Origin: an uncultured SAR86 cluster bacterium
Lineage (GTDB): Bacteria > Pseudomonadota > Gammaproteobacteria > Magnimaribacterales > D2472
Direction: 5' to 3'
NCBI GenBank assembly: GCA_902515455.1
Contig: CABXUO010000001.1
Location: forward strand, 7,297-71,296
Length of the DNA stretch: 64,000 bases
In this document: positions 40,164-49,658 of the stretch, piece by piece
How positions within the stretch are numbered: position 1 is the first letter of the stretch
Layout of the letters: each line of letters starts with the position of its first letter
Made by a program: the position numbers and the translations under genes
The notes under the pieces: model-generated
Seen by the model: only the letters and a program-made list of their open reading frames with translations
Told to the model about the DNA's origin: nothing
Database searches by the model: none

Positions 40164-40853
40164 ATGTTTAAAAATAAATATACCTATCCTGATTTGGTCA
40201 GGGTAGAAAAAAATGATGTTAGATATTATCGAGATTCTCAAGAAAATCTAGTTCCTTCGGTTACATCTATTCTTTCTGCGACGGGTGACAAAAGTGGCAT
40301 TGATGCCTGGAAGAGGCGTGTAGGAGCTAAAGCAGCAAAAGCTGTTGTGGATGAGGCAACAACGATCGGAACAGCGGTTCACTTAGCAATTGAAAATTAT
40401 CTATATGGAAAAGAATGGGAATATTTTACAGATGATAAAATGGGTTTATTGTCTCAACAAATTGCAAAAAGATTTATCCATGACTGTCTCGGTGATATTG
40501 ATGAAGTCTGGGGCCTAGAATCTGGTTTAGTTGTCGATGGATTATATGCAGGAACTGCAGATTGTATTGGTATGTTCAAAGGTAAGCCAACAATAATTGA
40601 TTTCAAGACAGCAAAAAAGATCAAACGAAAAGATTGGATAGAAGACTACTTTTTACAAGGAGCTGCTTATGCAAATGCACACAATGTTATGCATGGAACC
40701 CAAATTAAATCTATTGCTATTTTGATGGTAGATAGAGATTTACTGTTTAAAGAATTTTTGATAAGTGATGCTGAATTTGATAGTTACACTGATAAGTGGA
40801 AAAAGCGAATAATAGGTTACTATAAAGTCCATGAAATTTTAGGGAGAGAATAA
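40164..40853 (+). CDS. PD-(D/E)XK nuclease superfamily protein (RecB/Cas4-like fold without Cys cluster)
   Basis: Motif order GTAVH ... GTADCIG ... IIDFKTAKK ... QGAAY corresponds to the H / D / (D/E)xK / QxxxY blocks of PD-(D/E)XK exonucleases. Confidence 0.6.
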   Translation: MFKNKYTYPDLVRVEKNDVRYYRDSQENLVPSVTSILSATGDKSGIDAWKRRVGAKAAKAVVDEATTIGTAVHLAIENYLYGKEWEYFTDDKMGLLSQQIAKRFIHDCLGDIDEVWGLESGLVVDGLYAGTADCIGMFKGKPTIIDFKTAKKIKRKDWIEDYFLQGAAYANAHNVMHGTQIKSIAILMVDRDLLFKEFLISDAEFDSYTDKWKKRIIGYYKVHEILGRE

Positions 40854-41591
40854 ATGAGTAATTTAAAAAACAAAATTATTATGATTACCGGTGCAAGCTC
40901 AGGTTTTGGCAAAGAGACTGCTAAGATGTGTGTTGACCTAGGAGCTAAGGTAGTACTTGGTGCGCGAAGAGAGGATAAACTTGCAGATTTATGTAATGAA
41001 CTTGGATCTGATTCAGCAATATATAAAGCAACTGACGTAACATCTAAAGAGCAAATGCATGCATTGGCTAATCATGGTATTGAAACCTTTGGAAGAATAG
41101 ATTCATTAGTTAACAATGCTGGAATTATGCCTTTATCTCTTCTTGAAAGAGGAAGAACTGATGAATGGGATCAAATGATCGATGTAAACATTAAAGGTGT
41201 TTTATATGGTATTGATTCAGTGTATTCGCATATGCTTGAGAGAGAATCAGGTCAAATCATAAATATTTCGTCTGTAGCCGGTAAAAGAGTTATGCCAGGA
41301 AGCGCGGTATATTCAGGTACTAAATATGCTGTCAGAGCAATATCTGAAGGTTTAAGAATAGAATCTTCTGGAAAGATACAGGTAACATGTATTTATCCAG
41401 GCGCATTTAAAACAGAGCTAGCTTTCTCAATAAAAGATGAATCAATGTTAGAAGCATTGATGAGTAGAGGGATAGGGGAAATTGCTCAACCTGCAGAGAG
41501 AGTTGCAGAGTCAATTATTTATGCTCTCCAGCTAGATCCTGGGGTTTCAGTCAATGAGATAGTTATAAGACCTACTGCTCAAGACGCATAG
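40854..41591 (+). CDS. short-chain dehydrogenase/reductase (YdfG-like, NADP-dependent)
   Basis: TGASSGFGKE, NNAG and YSGTKYAV motifs. 245 aa. Confidence 0.85.
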   Translation: MSNLKNKIIMITGASSGFGKETAKMCVDLGAKVVLGARREDKLADLCNELGSDSAIYKATDVTSKEQMHALANHGIETFGRIDSLVNNAGIMPLSLLERGRTDEWDQMIDVNIKGVLYGIDSVYSHMLERESGQIINISSVAGKRVMPGSAVYSGTKYAVRAISEGLRIESSGKIQVTCIYPGAFKTELAFSIKDESMLEALMSRGIGEIAQPAERVAESIIYALQLDPGVSVNEIVIRPTAQDA

Positions 41592-41598
41592 ATTAGAA

Positions 41599-43269
41599 AT
41601 GAAATTTGTATTCTTTGGTTTCTTAATCCTTCATTTTGCATCACTAATTGCAAATCCAAAATGTGATCAAGCAGATTTAATACTTGAAGATGCATCTATT
41701 TATAATGGTCTTAGCGAAAATTCATTTATCGGAAGCATTGGGATAAAAGATTCTAAAATATCCTTTGTTGATAAAGGAATAACGACTTCATATGATAAAT
41801 GCGATGATGTCAGAGTTCTTAATTTAAAGGAACAATTTGTCTATCCTGGATTTGTTGATGGTCATGGCCATTTAAAGGGGATTGGTTACAGAGAATTAAC
41901 CCTCAATTTACAAGGTATATCTTCTCTAGATTTAACTTTAAAAGCGGTTGAAAACTATCTATCTTTAAAAAAACCTAATGATTGGATTATAGGAAGAGGA
42001 TGGATTGATAAAACTTGGCCAGAAAAAAGATTTCCAACAAGATGGGATATAGACTCTTTTGCTCCTAATCATCCTGTTGTTCTAGAAAGGGCAGACGGCC
42101 ATGCTATTGTAGTCAATAGTGTAGTTTTAAAACTGGCAAATATAGATTCGAACACTCCTGATCCTCAAGGTGGTTTTATCGAAAAAGATATTAATGGCGA
42201 GCCAACAGGTTTATTGGTTGATATGGCAATGAACTTAATTGCAGATTTAATACCAAAATCAACAAGAAATGACGATAAAAGAGCATTCATTGAAGGAATT
42301 CAAAGAAATGTAGCTCTAGGATGGACTCAAATTCATGTGCCTGGAGGCACCTTTGAAGATATTTCAATTTTAAATGAGATTAAATCAGAAAATAATCTTC
42401 TGCAAAGAGTTTATTTTATGGTTGATGACGGAGAGCCTGCCGATTTACTGCTTCAAAAAGGACCTATTATCGATCCTGAAAATTTACTTACAGTTCGTGC
42501 AATTAAAATGTATGCAGACGGTGCATTAGGTTCGAGAGGAGCTGCATTAATTGAAAAATATAGTGATTATGAAGGAAAGGGAGTTTTTATTTTTCGTGAG
42601 GAAGAAACCAAACCAAGATTAGCCAAAGCTTTGATAAAGGGTATTCAAATAGCAACCCATGCAATTGGTGATAATGGGAACAGAGTTGTCTTAAATTGGT
42701 ATGAAGAAGCGTTTGAAAACGCAAAAAACAATAATGAAGTGGTTTCTGAGCCAAGATGGAGAATAGAGCATGCTCAAAACATTACTCCAATAGATCAAAA
42801 ACGATATGTTGAATTAAATGTTATACCGGCAATGCAGCCTTCTCATGCAATCGGTGACTTGCATTTTGCAATTGACAGATTGGGATTAGAAAGAATAAAC
42901 AATGCATATGCATGGAGAGATCTTATAGATCAAGGTTTAATTATTGCAGGCGGTACAGATGCACCCGTTGAAATTGGTGATCCTAGAATTGAATTTTATG
43001 CAGCCATTACTCGGAAAGATATTGATGGTTTTCATGCTGAAGGATGGAACCTTAATCAAAGATTAACTAGGTTGGAAGCATTAAAAATGTTTACCATATG
43101 GCCGGCTATTGCATCTTTTGAGGATGATATTAAAGGAACAATCGAAGTTGGTAAATTAGCAGACTTTAGTATTTTTGATAAAGATATTATGACTATTCCT
43201 GAGCAAGAAATATTAAGTGTAAAAAATATTTATACTATTGTTGGTGGTCGAGTAGTTTATGAGGATTGA
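41599..43269 (+). CDS. amidohydrolase family protein (Amidohydro_3 / YtcJ-like), secreted
   Basis: Signal peptide, GFVDGHGH metal motif, HAIGD, and a C-terminal GGTDAP. Confidence 0.8.
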   Translation: MKFVFFGFLILHFASLIANPKCDQADLILEDASIYNGLSENSFIGSIGIKDSKISFVDKGITTSYDKCDDVRVLNLKEQFVYPGFVDGHGHLKGIGYRELTLNLQGISSLDLTLKAVENYLSLKKPNDWIIGRGWIDKTWPEKRFPTRWDIDSFAPNHPVVLERADGHAIVVNSVVLKLANIDSNTPDPQGGFIEKDINGEPTGLLVDMAMNLIADLIPKSTRNDDKRAFIEGIQRNVALGWTQIHVPGGTFEDISILNEIKSENNLLQRVYFMVDDGEPADLLLQKGPIIDPENLLTVRAIKMYADGALGSRGAALIEKYSDYEGKGVFIFREEETKPRLAKALIKGIQIATHAIGDNGNRVVLNWYEEAFENAKNNNEVVSEPRWRIEHAQNITPIDQKRYVELNVIPAMQPSHAIGDLHFAIDRLGLERINNAYAWRDLIDQGLIIAGGTDAPVEIGDPRIEFYAAITRKDIDGFHAEGWNLNQRLTRLEALKMFTIWPAIASFEDDIKGTIEVGKLADFSIFDKDIMTIPEQEILSVKNIYTIVGGRVVYED

Positions 43270-43271
43270 CT

Positions 43272-44867
43272 TTAATTATTGCTTAAAATTAAATCAGCGC
43301 ATTTAGCTCCTACCACATTACAAGTTGCATTTGTATTTCCAGATATTATGCTTGGAAAAATTGATGCATCTGCAACTCTTAAACCCTCGATGCCTTTGAC
43401 CTTAAGATTCTGATCAACCACACATTCAACCCCATTTCCCATTTTGCAGGTTCCGATTGGATGATAAACAGACAAGGACTCATTTCTAACAAATGAATCA
43501 ATTTCATCATCTGTTTGATAGGTTGGTCCTGGTTGTATTTCAGTTGCTTCAATATTCTTCATGGTTGGAGTATTGAAAACCTCTCTAATTTTATTTACTC
43601 CTTCAATCATATGTTTTATGTCTTTTTCCTTATCAAGATAATTAGCATAAATTTTTGGAGCAACACCAGGATTAGAGGATTGCAATTCAATATGTCCTCT
43701 GCTGTCAGGCCTTAAATTACATATTGATGCTGTGATTCCTGATGATGGCCGCATGGCACCATTTTTTTTGTATTCACCAGCACCAGGTGCAAAGTGAATT
43801 TGTGCATTTGGTGTTTTTTCATTTAGATTGGTTTTAAAAAATACACCTATATCTGATGCAGGATAGGTCATTAACCCAGTATCTTTTAAAAAATATTCAT
43901 AGAGATTTTTAATCATCATAAATGGCTGCATTAGCTCGCTAAATGTTTTTAACTCATTGATCTTATAACTCACATTAACAGTTAGATGATCTTGTAAATT
44001 TTGACCAACTCCTGATAAGTCATGAATGAGGGGTATGCGAAATTTTTTTAGATGATCTTTTGGGCCAATGCCTGAGAGCATTAGTATTTGAGGTGAGTTG
44101 ATACTACCACCACAAAGAATAACTTCAGATGAGCATCCTATTACTCCTGAAAATTTTTTATTTGAAATTTTTACACCGACTACTTTTTTGTTTAAGGTAA
44201 TAAGTTTTTCAACTAAGGTATTTGTCAGAATTTCTAAATTTGGTCGATTCGATATCGGTTTTAAAAATGCATCTGCGGCGCTGAACCTTTTTCCATCTTT
44301 TATATTGACTTGATATTGTCCAAATCCTTCCTGATCAGTTCCATTAAAATCATCATTATTTTTAAAACCAAATTCTGCACATGCTTTTAAAAATTCTTTG
44401 GATGCATCCAGTATAGGTTGATATGTTTCAACCCATAAAGGACCAAAGTTTCCATGAAATTGATCTTCATGATTTTGATTATTCTCTAAAGCAATAAAGT
44501 ATTTCAGTAAATCTCGATACCCCCAACCATAATTTCCTAGCTGTTCCCAATGATCATAATCGTCAGCTTGACCACGTATATATAACATCCCATTAATTGA
44601 GCTGCTTCCCCCTAATGTTTTCCCTCTGGGCCAATTAATTGTTCGATTATTTAGATTTTTTTCAGGCTCAGTTTCATATCCCCATCCATATTTTTTACTC
44701 TTAAACAATGAACTGGCTGCAAGGGGCATTTTGATTGAATACGAAGAATCCATTGGGCCGGCTTCAATTAAAAGAACAGAATTTTTAGGATCCTCTGAAA
44801 GTTTATTTGCTAAAACACAACCTGCACTTCCAGCACCAACAATGATATATTTATTACTATATTTCAT
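43272..44867 (-). CDS. GMC-family FAD oxidoreductase (choline dehydrogenase-like)
   Basis: VGAGSAGCVLANKLSED FAD motif, GKTLGGSSSINGM, and a C-terminal HPIGTCKMG ... DASIFP. Confidence 0.9.
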   Translation of the reverse strand: MKYSNKYIIVGAGSAGCVLANKLSEDPKNSVLLIEAGPMDSSYSIKMPLAASSLFKSKKYGWGYETEPEKNLNNRTINWPRGKTLGGSSSINGMLYIRGQADDYDHWEQLGNYGWGYRDLLKYFIALENNQNHEDQFHGNFGPLWVETYQPILDASKEFLKACAEFGFKNNDDFNGTDQEGFGQYQVNIKDGKRFSAADAFLKPISNRPNLEILTNTLVEKLITLNKKVVGVKISNKKFSGVIGCSSEVILCGGSINSPQILMLSGIGPKDHLKKFRIPLIHDLSGVGQNLQDHLTVNVSYKINELKTFSELMQPFMMIKNLYEYFLKDTGLMTYPASDIGVFFKTNLNEKTPNAQIHFAPGAGEYKKNGAMRPSSGITASICNLRPDSRGHIELQSSNPGVAPKIYANYLDKEKDIKHMIEGVNKIREVFNTPTMKNIEATEIQPGPTYQTDDEIDSFVRNESLSVYHPIGTCKMGNGVECVVDQNLKVKGIEGLRVADASIFPSIISGNTNATCNVVGAKCADLILSNN

Positions 44868-44893
44868 AAATCTAATATCTCTCAGGTAATAAC

Positions 44894-45589
44894 ATGCGTC
44901 AAGTAATAGCTATAGGTGGAGGAGGTTTCGGTAGAACTATAAAATCTAATCTGATAGAACAATATATTTTGGATCAAACAGGCAAGGAAAAACCGAATAT
45001 ATGCTTTATTCCAACCGCTACTGGAGACCTTGAAGAATACATTAAAAATTTTTATTCAGTTTTTTCTAAATTAAAATGCAGCGCTTCTCACATTAGTTTT
45101 TTTAAACGAACTATTGATCTAAAAAAACATATCGAAGATCAAGATGCTATATTCGTTGGAGGAGGCAATACAAAAAGTATGTTGGCTGTATGGAGAGACT
45201 GGGGTTTAGATTTAATTCTTCAAGATGCATATCAACGGGGAGTCGTAATGAGTGGAGTTAGCGCTGGTGCAATTTGTTGGTTTGAAAAAGGTTTAACTGA
45301 TTCATGGGAAAGTGAACTTAAACTAATGGAGTGCATGAACTTTGTACCTGGAAATTGTGCCCCTCATTATGATGAGGAGCCAGAAAGGAGGCCTGCAACC
45401 AAAAAATTACTCAATGACCAAGCTATTAATTTTATGTATGGAATCGAAGGTGGCGCAGCACTTCATTTTATAAATGAAATACCTAAACAAACCATTACAT
45501 TTGATAAAAATAAAAATGCATACAAAGTTACTCTTAATAAAAATACAATTAATGAAAATGCGTTTAAAATAATGAAGTTAATAAAATGA
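44894..45589 (+). CDS. peptidase S51 (dipeptidase E-like)
   Basis: FVGGGNT...GVSAGAICWF nucleophile-Ser context, with His in the CAPHYDEE region. Confidence 0.7.
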   Translation: MRQVIAIGGGGFGRTIKSNLIEQYILDQTGKEKPNICFIPTATGDLEEYIKNFYSVFSKLKCSASHISFFKRTIDLKKHIEDQDAIFVGGGNTKSMLAVWRDWGLDLILQDAYQRGVVMSGVSAGAICWFEKGLTDSWESELKLMECMNFVPGNCAPHYDEEPERRPATKKLLNDQAINFMYGIEGGAALHFINEIPKQTITFDKNKNAYKVTLNKNTINENAFKIMKLIK

Positions 45590-46023
45590 AATTTTGGCGT
45601 TTAATTAATCCATTCGTATCTATAATAGCTAGATCGCCATTTCACTTTATTATTAGCCATCAACTTCTTGTTGTTCAGTTTCAAGGTAAAAAAAGCGGAA
45701 AAAAATACCTAGTTCCACTTAGTTATCATAAACATGCATCTTCATATACATGCGTTACTTTACGATCAAATATATGGTGGAAGAATTTAAAAAATTTATC
45801 TATTGGCAATATTTGGTTAAAAGGTAAGTTGGTAGATGTTGATATATCCCTTGAATTTACTGATGATAATTTAGTTGAAGAAATATTAAGAGATCTTGTT
45901 ACTAACAATAGAATTGATGCATTTTTTGCAAATGTAAAACTTCAAAAGGACGGTACTCCAATAAAAGAGGACCTTGCAAAAGCTGCTAAACTTCATACAG
46001 TATTGAAATTTACGACAAGATAA
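45586..46023 (+). CDS. hypothetical protein, possibly a PNPOx-like split-barrel (DUF385-like)
   Basis: G+KSGKKY.VPL ... WWKNLKN ... VWLKG pattern. Weak, pattern-level only. Confidence 0.35.
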   Translation: MKFWRLINPFVSIIARSPFHFIISHQLLVVQFQGKKSGKKYLVPLSYHKHASSYTCVTLRSNIWWKNLKNLSIGNIWLKGKLVDVDISLEFTDDNLVEEILRDLVTNNRIDAFFANVKLQKDGTPIKEDLAKAAKLHTVLKFTTR

Positions 46024-46107
46024 ATAAATTACTTTATTTAAAAATCTAGCCTTTTTTAACTGAATAAGTTAATTTATTGATTAGTAAAACAAGTTTGAGA
46101 AGCATTT

Positions 46108-46647
46108 ATGTTTACCAGAATGGATCACAGCACTGAAGAGGAGTGGCAGCATATTAGCGAGGAACATATGCCTCACATATTTGATATGCCAAAAAGAATT
46201 ATTTCAATGCTAAAGCAAGCCAAAGATTTAACACTTGGCTTTGGAACAGATCAATTACATCATGCATTGCAAACAGCCACAATGGCAAGAAGAGCTGGTG
46301 CGGATGACGAAATGATATTAATTAGCTTAATTCATGATATAGGTAAGGTCATCAACGTTCCTAACCATGGTCAAATCGCAGCTGAGATGATAAAACCTTA
46401 TGTTAGCGAAGATGCTTATCACATCATTAGAACTCATCAAGATTTTCAAGGAGAGCATTATTATCACTATATGGGTAAACCTCAAGATTTACGTAAACAA
46501 TATGTAAACGAGACATGGTATAAAAAAGCTATCGAATTCACAGATGAATGGGATCAGGTAGCATTCGATCCAAATTATCAAACCGATACACTTGAATCAT
46601 TCGAGCCATTAATTAAAAAGTTTTTTGCTGCTCCTCATACTATTTAA
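46108..46647 (+). CDS. HD-domain metalloprotein with a six-ligand (dinuclear) pattern, PhnZ/MIOX-like candidate
   Basis: H(HALQTA) ... HD(IGK) ... H(GQ) ... H(QD) ... D(QVAFDP). The block RRAGADDEMILISLIHDIGK resembles phosphonate-associated HD oxygenases as I recall them. Confidence 0.55.
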   Translation: MFTRMDHSTEEEWQHISEEHMPHIFDMPKRIISMLKQAKDLTLGFGTDQLHHALQTATMARRAGADDEMILISLIHDIGKVINVPNHGQIAAEMIKPYVSEDAYHIIRTHQDFQGEHYYHYMGKPQDLRKQYVNETWYKKAIEFTDEWDQVAFDPNYQTDTLESFEPLIKKFFAAPHTI

Positions 46648-46676
46648 TTAATCAATATTTAAAACTTTCGATAATT

Positions 46677-47402
46677 ATGAATAGTAATATTTGGACTGAT
46701 ATAAAAAAAGAAATTTCATTAAGAATTGATGCTGAGCCATCTTTAAAGGATTATCTTGAGAGCTTAATTTTATCAAAAGATAATATTATCGAGGCCACGG
46801 CAGCAATTCTTGCATCAAAACTTCATAATGATGCATTATCATCAATTGACTTATATCACATTATTTTGTCTTCCTATAATGAAAAAAAATCTGTTGAAGG
46901 CAGCCTAATAGAGGATATTTTATTTTTTCGTGAAAATGATCCGGCTTGTAAATATTTATCTACACCACTTCTTTTTTATAAGGGTTTTCAAGGCTTAGCT
47001 GCATATAGATCAAGCAATATTTTATGGAATAATGATCGTCACACCATGGCTTTGTATATTCAAAATAGATCATCTGAAGTATTTGGTGTTGATATCCATC
47101 CAGCTGCATTCATTGATAGCTCCGTAATGATTGACCATGCTACAGGAGTTGTAATTGGCGAAACAGCGAAAATTAAAAAGGGCGTTTCAATTTTTCAAGG
47201 CGTTACATTAGGCGGGAAGGGTTTCAATAGCGGCGATAGGCATCCTAAAATTGAAGAGGGAGTCTCTATTTTTGCATCAAGCACAATATTAGGAAATGTA
47301 ACAATTGGTAAAAATTCTGTTGTTGCTGCTGGAAGTTTAGTCCTTGATGATGTTGAGAATGAATCGACAGTAGCAGGTATTCCTGCAAAAAAAATTAAAT
47401 AG
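46677..47402 (+). CDS. cysE: serine O-acetyltransferase
   Basis: N-terminal SATase helical domain plus left-handed beta-helix hexapeptide repeats (IDHATGVVIGETA, GVTLGG, GDRHPKIEEGV, AGIPAK). Confidence 0.85.
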   Translation: MNSNIWTDIKKEISLRIDAEPSLKDYLESLILSKDNIIEATAAILASKLHNDALSSIDLYHIILSSYNEKKSVEGSLIEDILFFRENDPACKYLSTPLLFYKGFQGLAAYRSSNILWNNDRHTMALYIQNRSSEVFGVDIHPAAFIDSSVMIDHATGVVIGETAKIKKGVSIFQGVTLGGKGFNSGDRHPKIEEGVSIFASSTILGNVTIGKNSVVAAGSLVLDDVENESTVAGIPAKKIK

Positions 47403-48417
47403 AACTTAAAATTTCTTTTTCTTCATCATTCATTTCAGAATCAATCTTTTCAAATAATACGGATGATAAATATCTTTCTGCGGTATCTGCCAGCATACAT
47501 AATATATTTGCTCCATCTGCTGCCTCCTCAGCGATTTTCATTGCGACTGCAAATGTTGATCCTCCAGATATACCAGTAATTATTCCTTCATTTCTAGCTA
47601 ATTTATTGGACCAGTAAACCCCATCTTCGCCTGAAACAGGTATATTCATATCAAAATAATTTTTATCAATTGATTCTTGTAAAACCAAAGGGATAAAGTC
47701 AGGTGTCCAGCCTTGAATTGGATGAGGGTTCCATGAATCATGTCCGCTTGCAGGCGAACCATCTTGATTTCTTTTTTGTGCTATCAAACTATTTACTAAT
47801 TGAGCATTGTCAGGCTCAGTAATAACAAGTTTTGTTCTAGGTGATTGTTCTTTTAAAACACGTGAGACCCCGCTGAAAGTTCCACCTGTTCCATAACCTG
47901 ATACCCAATAATCTAATCCTAATTCTTTGAAGTCATTCAAAATTTCAATAGCAGTTGTTTTTTCATGAATATCTGCATTTGCATCATTTTCAAACTGCCT
48001 GGCATAAAACCATTTATTTTTATCACATAACTTTTTAGCAAGGTTATATGCAGCAGTTGTTCCTTCAGATGCTGGAGTTAAAAGAACTTTAGCGCCAAGA
48101 AATCGCATTAATTTTCTTCTTTCAACTGAGGTACTATCAGGCATTGTCATAACACATGGATAACCTTTGCTTGCGCATACCATTGCTAATCCAATTCCAG
48201 TATTCCCACTTGTGGCTTCAACTACAGTTTGATTTGGTTCTAATAGCCCTTCCTTTTCAGCTTTTTCAATTATATTCAAAGCCAATCTATCCTTTACTGA
48301 GCCACCAGGATTAAAGTATTCAGCTTTAACAAAAAGGTTTATATTTTTGGGAGCAATATTTTTAATTTTTATAATTGGTGTATTACCAATTGAGCTTAAT
48401 AGATCTTTATAAATCAT
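47395..48417 (-). CDS. cysteine synthase / PLP-dependent CysK-family enzyme (long form with an insertion)
   Basis: NPGGSVKDR PLP-lysine motif, SGNTG and GTGGT. A 340-aa form carries the ..HPIQGWTPDFIP insertion. Confidence 0.8.
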   Translation of the reverse strand: MIYKDLLSSIGNTPIIKIKNIAPKNINLFVKAEYFNPGGSVKDRLALNIIEKAEKEGLLEPNQTVVEATSGNTGIGLAMVCASKGYPCVMTMPDSTSVERRKLMRFLGAKVLLTPASEGTTAAYNLAKKLCDKNKWFYARQFENDANADIHEKTTAIEILNDFKELGLDYWVSGYGTGGTFSGVSRVLKEQSPRTKLVITEPDNAQLVNSLIAQKRNQDGSPASGHDSWNPHPIQGWTPDFIPLVLQESIDKNYFDMNIPVSGEDGVYWSNKLARNEGIITGISGGSTFAVAMKIAEEAADGANILCMLADTAERYLSSVLFEKIDSEMNDEEKEILSSI

Positions 48418-48467
48418 GATAAGTGCCTTACGTAAAGTTTAAAAATTTCATTTACTTTAAACATTAT

Positions 48468-48501
48468 AATTAAAATTAAAATTAAAATTAAAATTAAAAT
48501 T
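48468..48501. repeat. hexanucleotide microsatellite (AATTAA) x 5.7
   Basis: Counted directly: five perfect AATTAA units plus AATT. Lies in the 104-nt gap between the Rieske gene stop and the cysK-like start. Confidence 0.9.
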
Positions 48502-48521
48502 TCGATTTAATAAGTAATTTA

Positions 48522-49655
48522 TTATAGTTTTTCTGGTTCTGTATCTTGATAAGATAATGGAATAGCGTCTCTTATTTTGTTAGCGCTATCTATTAAGCAT
48601 ACTTCAGATGATGCAAGTGGGCCTGATTTAAAGTAGTTTGTATTCATGCCTTCTTGAACAAGATTAATTAATTTCGTATCTTCGTTATTAACTTGTCTAT
48701 TAATTCTCCAATTTAGATATTGAGCAACTTTAGTCTCTCTTCTATCATCAGGAAGAGCATATGCAATTTCCCTGATTATTGTTGTTTTTGCGTCTATGGG
48801 TATGAATTGCATGAAATCCATTTGTTCAGGATATATATCAAATGCAAGATTTGGCCAAAGCCTGAAATAAACCCAGTATCTTTGTTTGTTTTTTGGAAGA
48901 TGGTCCATGTAAGGCAAGTATTTATCATAAAGTTTGTTTGAAAGATTATTTTTACGAGAATTTTTTCCATCTCCCCACATTTTATGAATGTATCCATTAT
49001 TAGGGGATACTTCAACGCCATAGCTTTTGCCTACTAGCCCAGATAACCCAGGATGAGCTACAGGAATATGAAGAGCATCAACGTAGTTATCAGCAATCTG
49101 CTTCCAGTTAACATTTCTTGGTCTCATCGTAATTCTTCCTAGCGGCTCCATTTCATTGAGTTTGTATTGACTTATTTCGTCAAGGTATGGAGCAAACTGA
49201 CTATTAACAGTTGGAACATCTGACTCAATTAACTTTACAAAAATAAAACCTTGAAAAATTTCCATTTCAACACTTTTTAATTTGTGCTCATTTTTATTGA
49301 AATCAATAAATTGATTTTCGTAAGGTACTTTTATGAGGTTGCCATTAAAATCATATCCCCATGCATGATAGGGACATGTTATTTTTCCTTTGCAGGTTCC
49401 AGATGTTTCATCAATAAGCTTAGTTCCTCTATGAGAGCAGAAGTTATGAAAAGCCCTTACATTTTTATCTTCACCTCTGATAACAAATACTCTTTCATTA
49501 AAAATCTCAAATGTAAAATAATCTCCTGCTTTAGGTATGTTAGAAATATGACAAACCAATTGCCAATTTTTAAGAATTAACTCAGTTTTTTCGAGTTCAA
49601 AAAATGCATCACTTGTATAAGTCCATCCTGGCAAACTTTTATATATTTTTTTCAT
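48522..49655 (-). CDS. Rieske [2Fe-2S] non-haem iron oxygenase, alpha-subunit type
   Basis: CSHRG...CPYHAWGY Rieske motif and a mononuclear iron motif NYVDALHIPVAH (D-x2-H-x4-H). Confidence 0.85.
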   Translation of the reverse strand: MKKIYKSLPGWTYTSDAFFELEKTELILKNWQLVCHISNIPKAGDYFTFEIFNERVFVIRGEDKNVRAFHNFCSHRGTKLIDETSGTCKGKITCPYHAWGYDFNGNLIKVPYENQFIDFNKNEHKLKSVEMEIFQGFIFVKLIESDVPTVNSQFAPYLDEISQYKLNEMEPLGRITMRPRNVNWKQIADNYVDALHIPVAHPGLSGLVGKSYGVEVSPNNGYIHKMWGDGKNSRKNNLSNKLYDKYLPYMDHLPKNKQRYWVYFRLWPNLAFDIYPEQMDFMQFIPIDAKTTIIREIAYALPDDRRETKVAQYLNWRINRQVNNEDTKLINLVQEGMNTNYFKSGPLASSEVCLIDSANKIRDAIPLSYQDTEPEKL

Positions 49656-49658
49656 ACG

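Noticed and set aside
48468-48501. The AATTAA repeat considered as a CRISPR-like or minisatellite array
   Set aside because: The units are 6 bp with no spacers, and no cas genes are present. It is a simple microsatellite.
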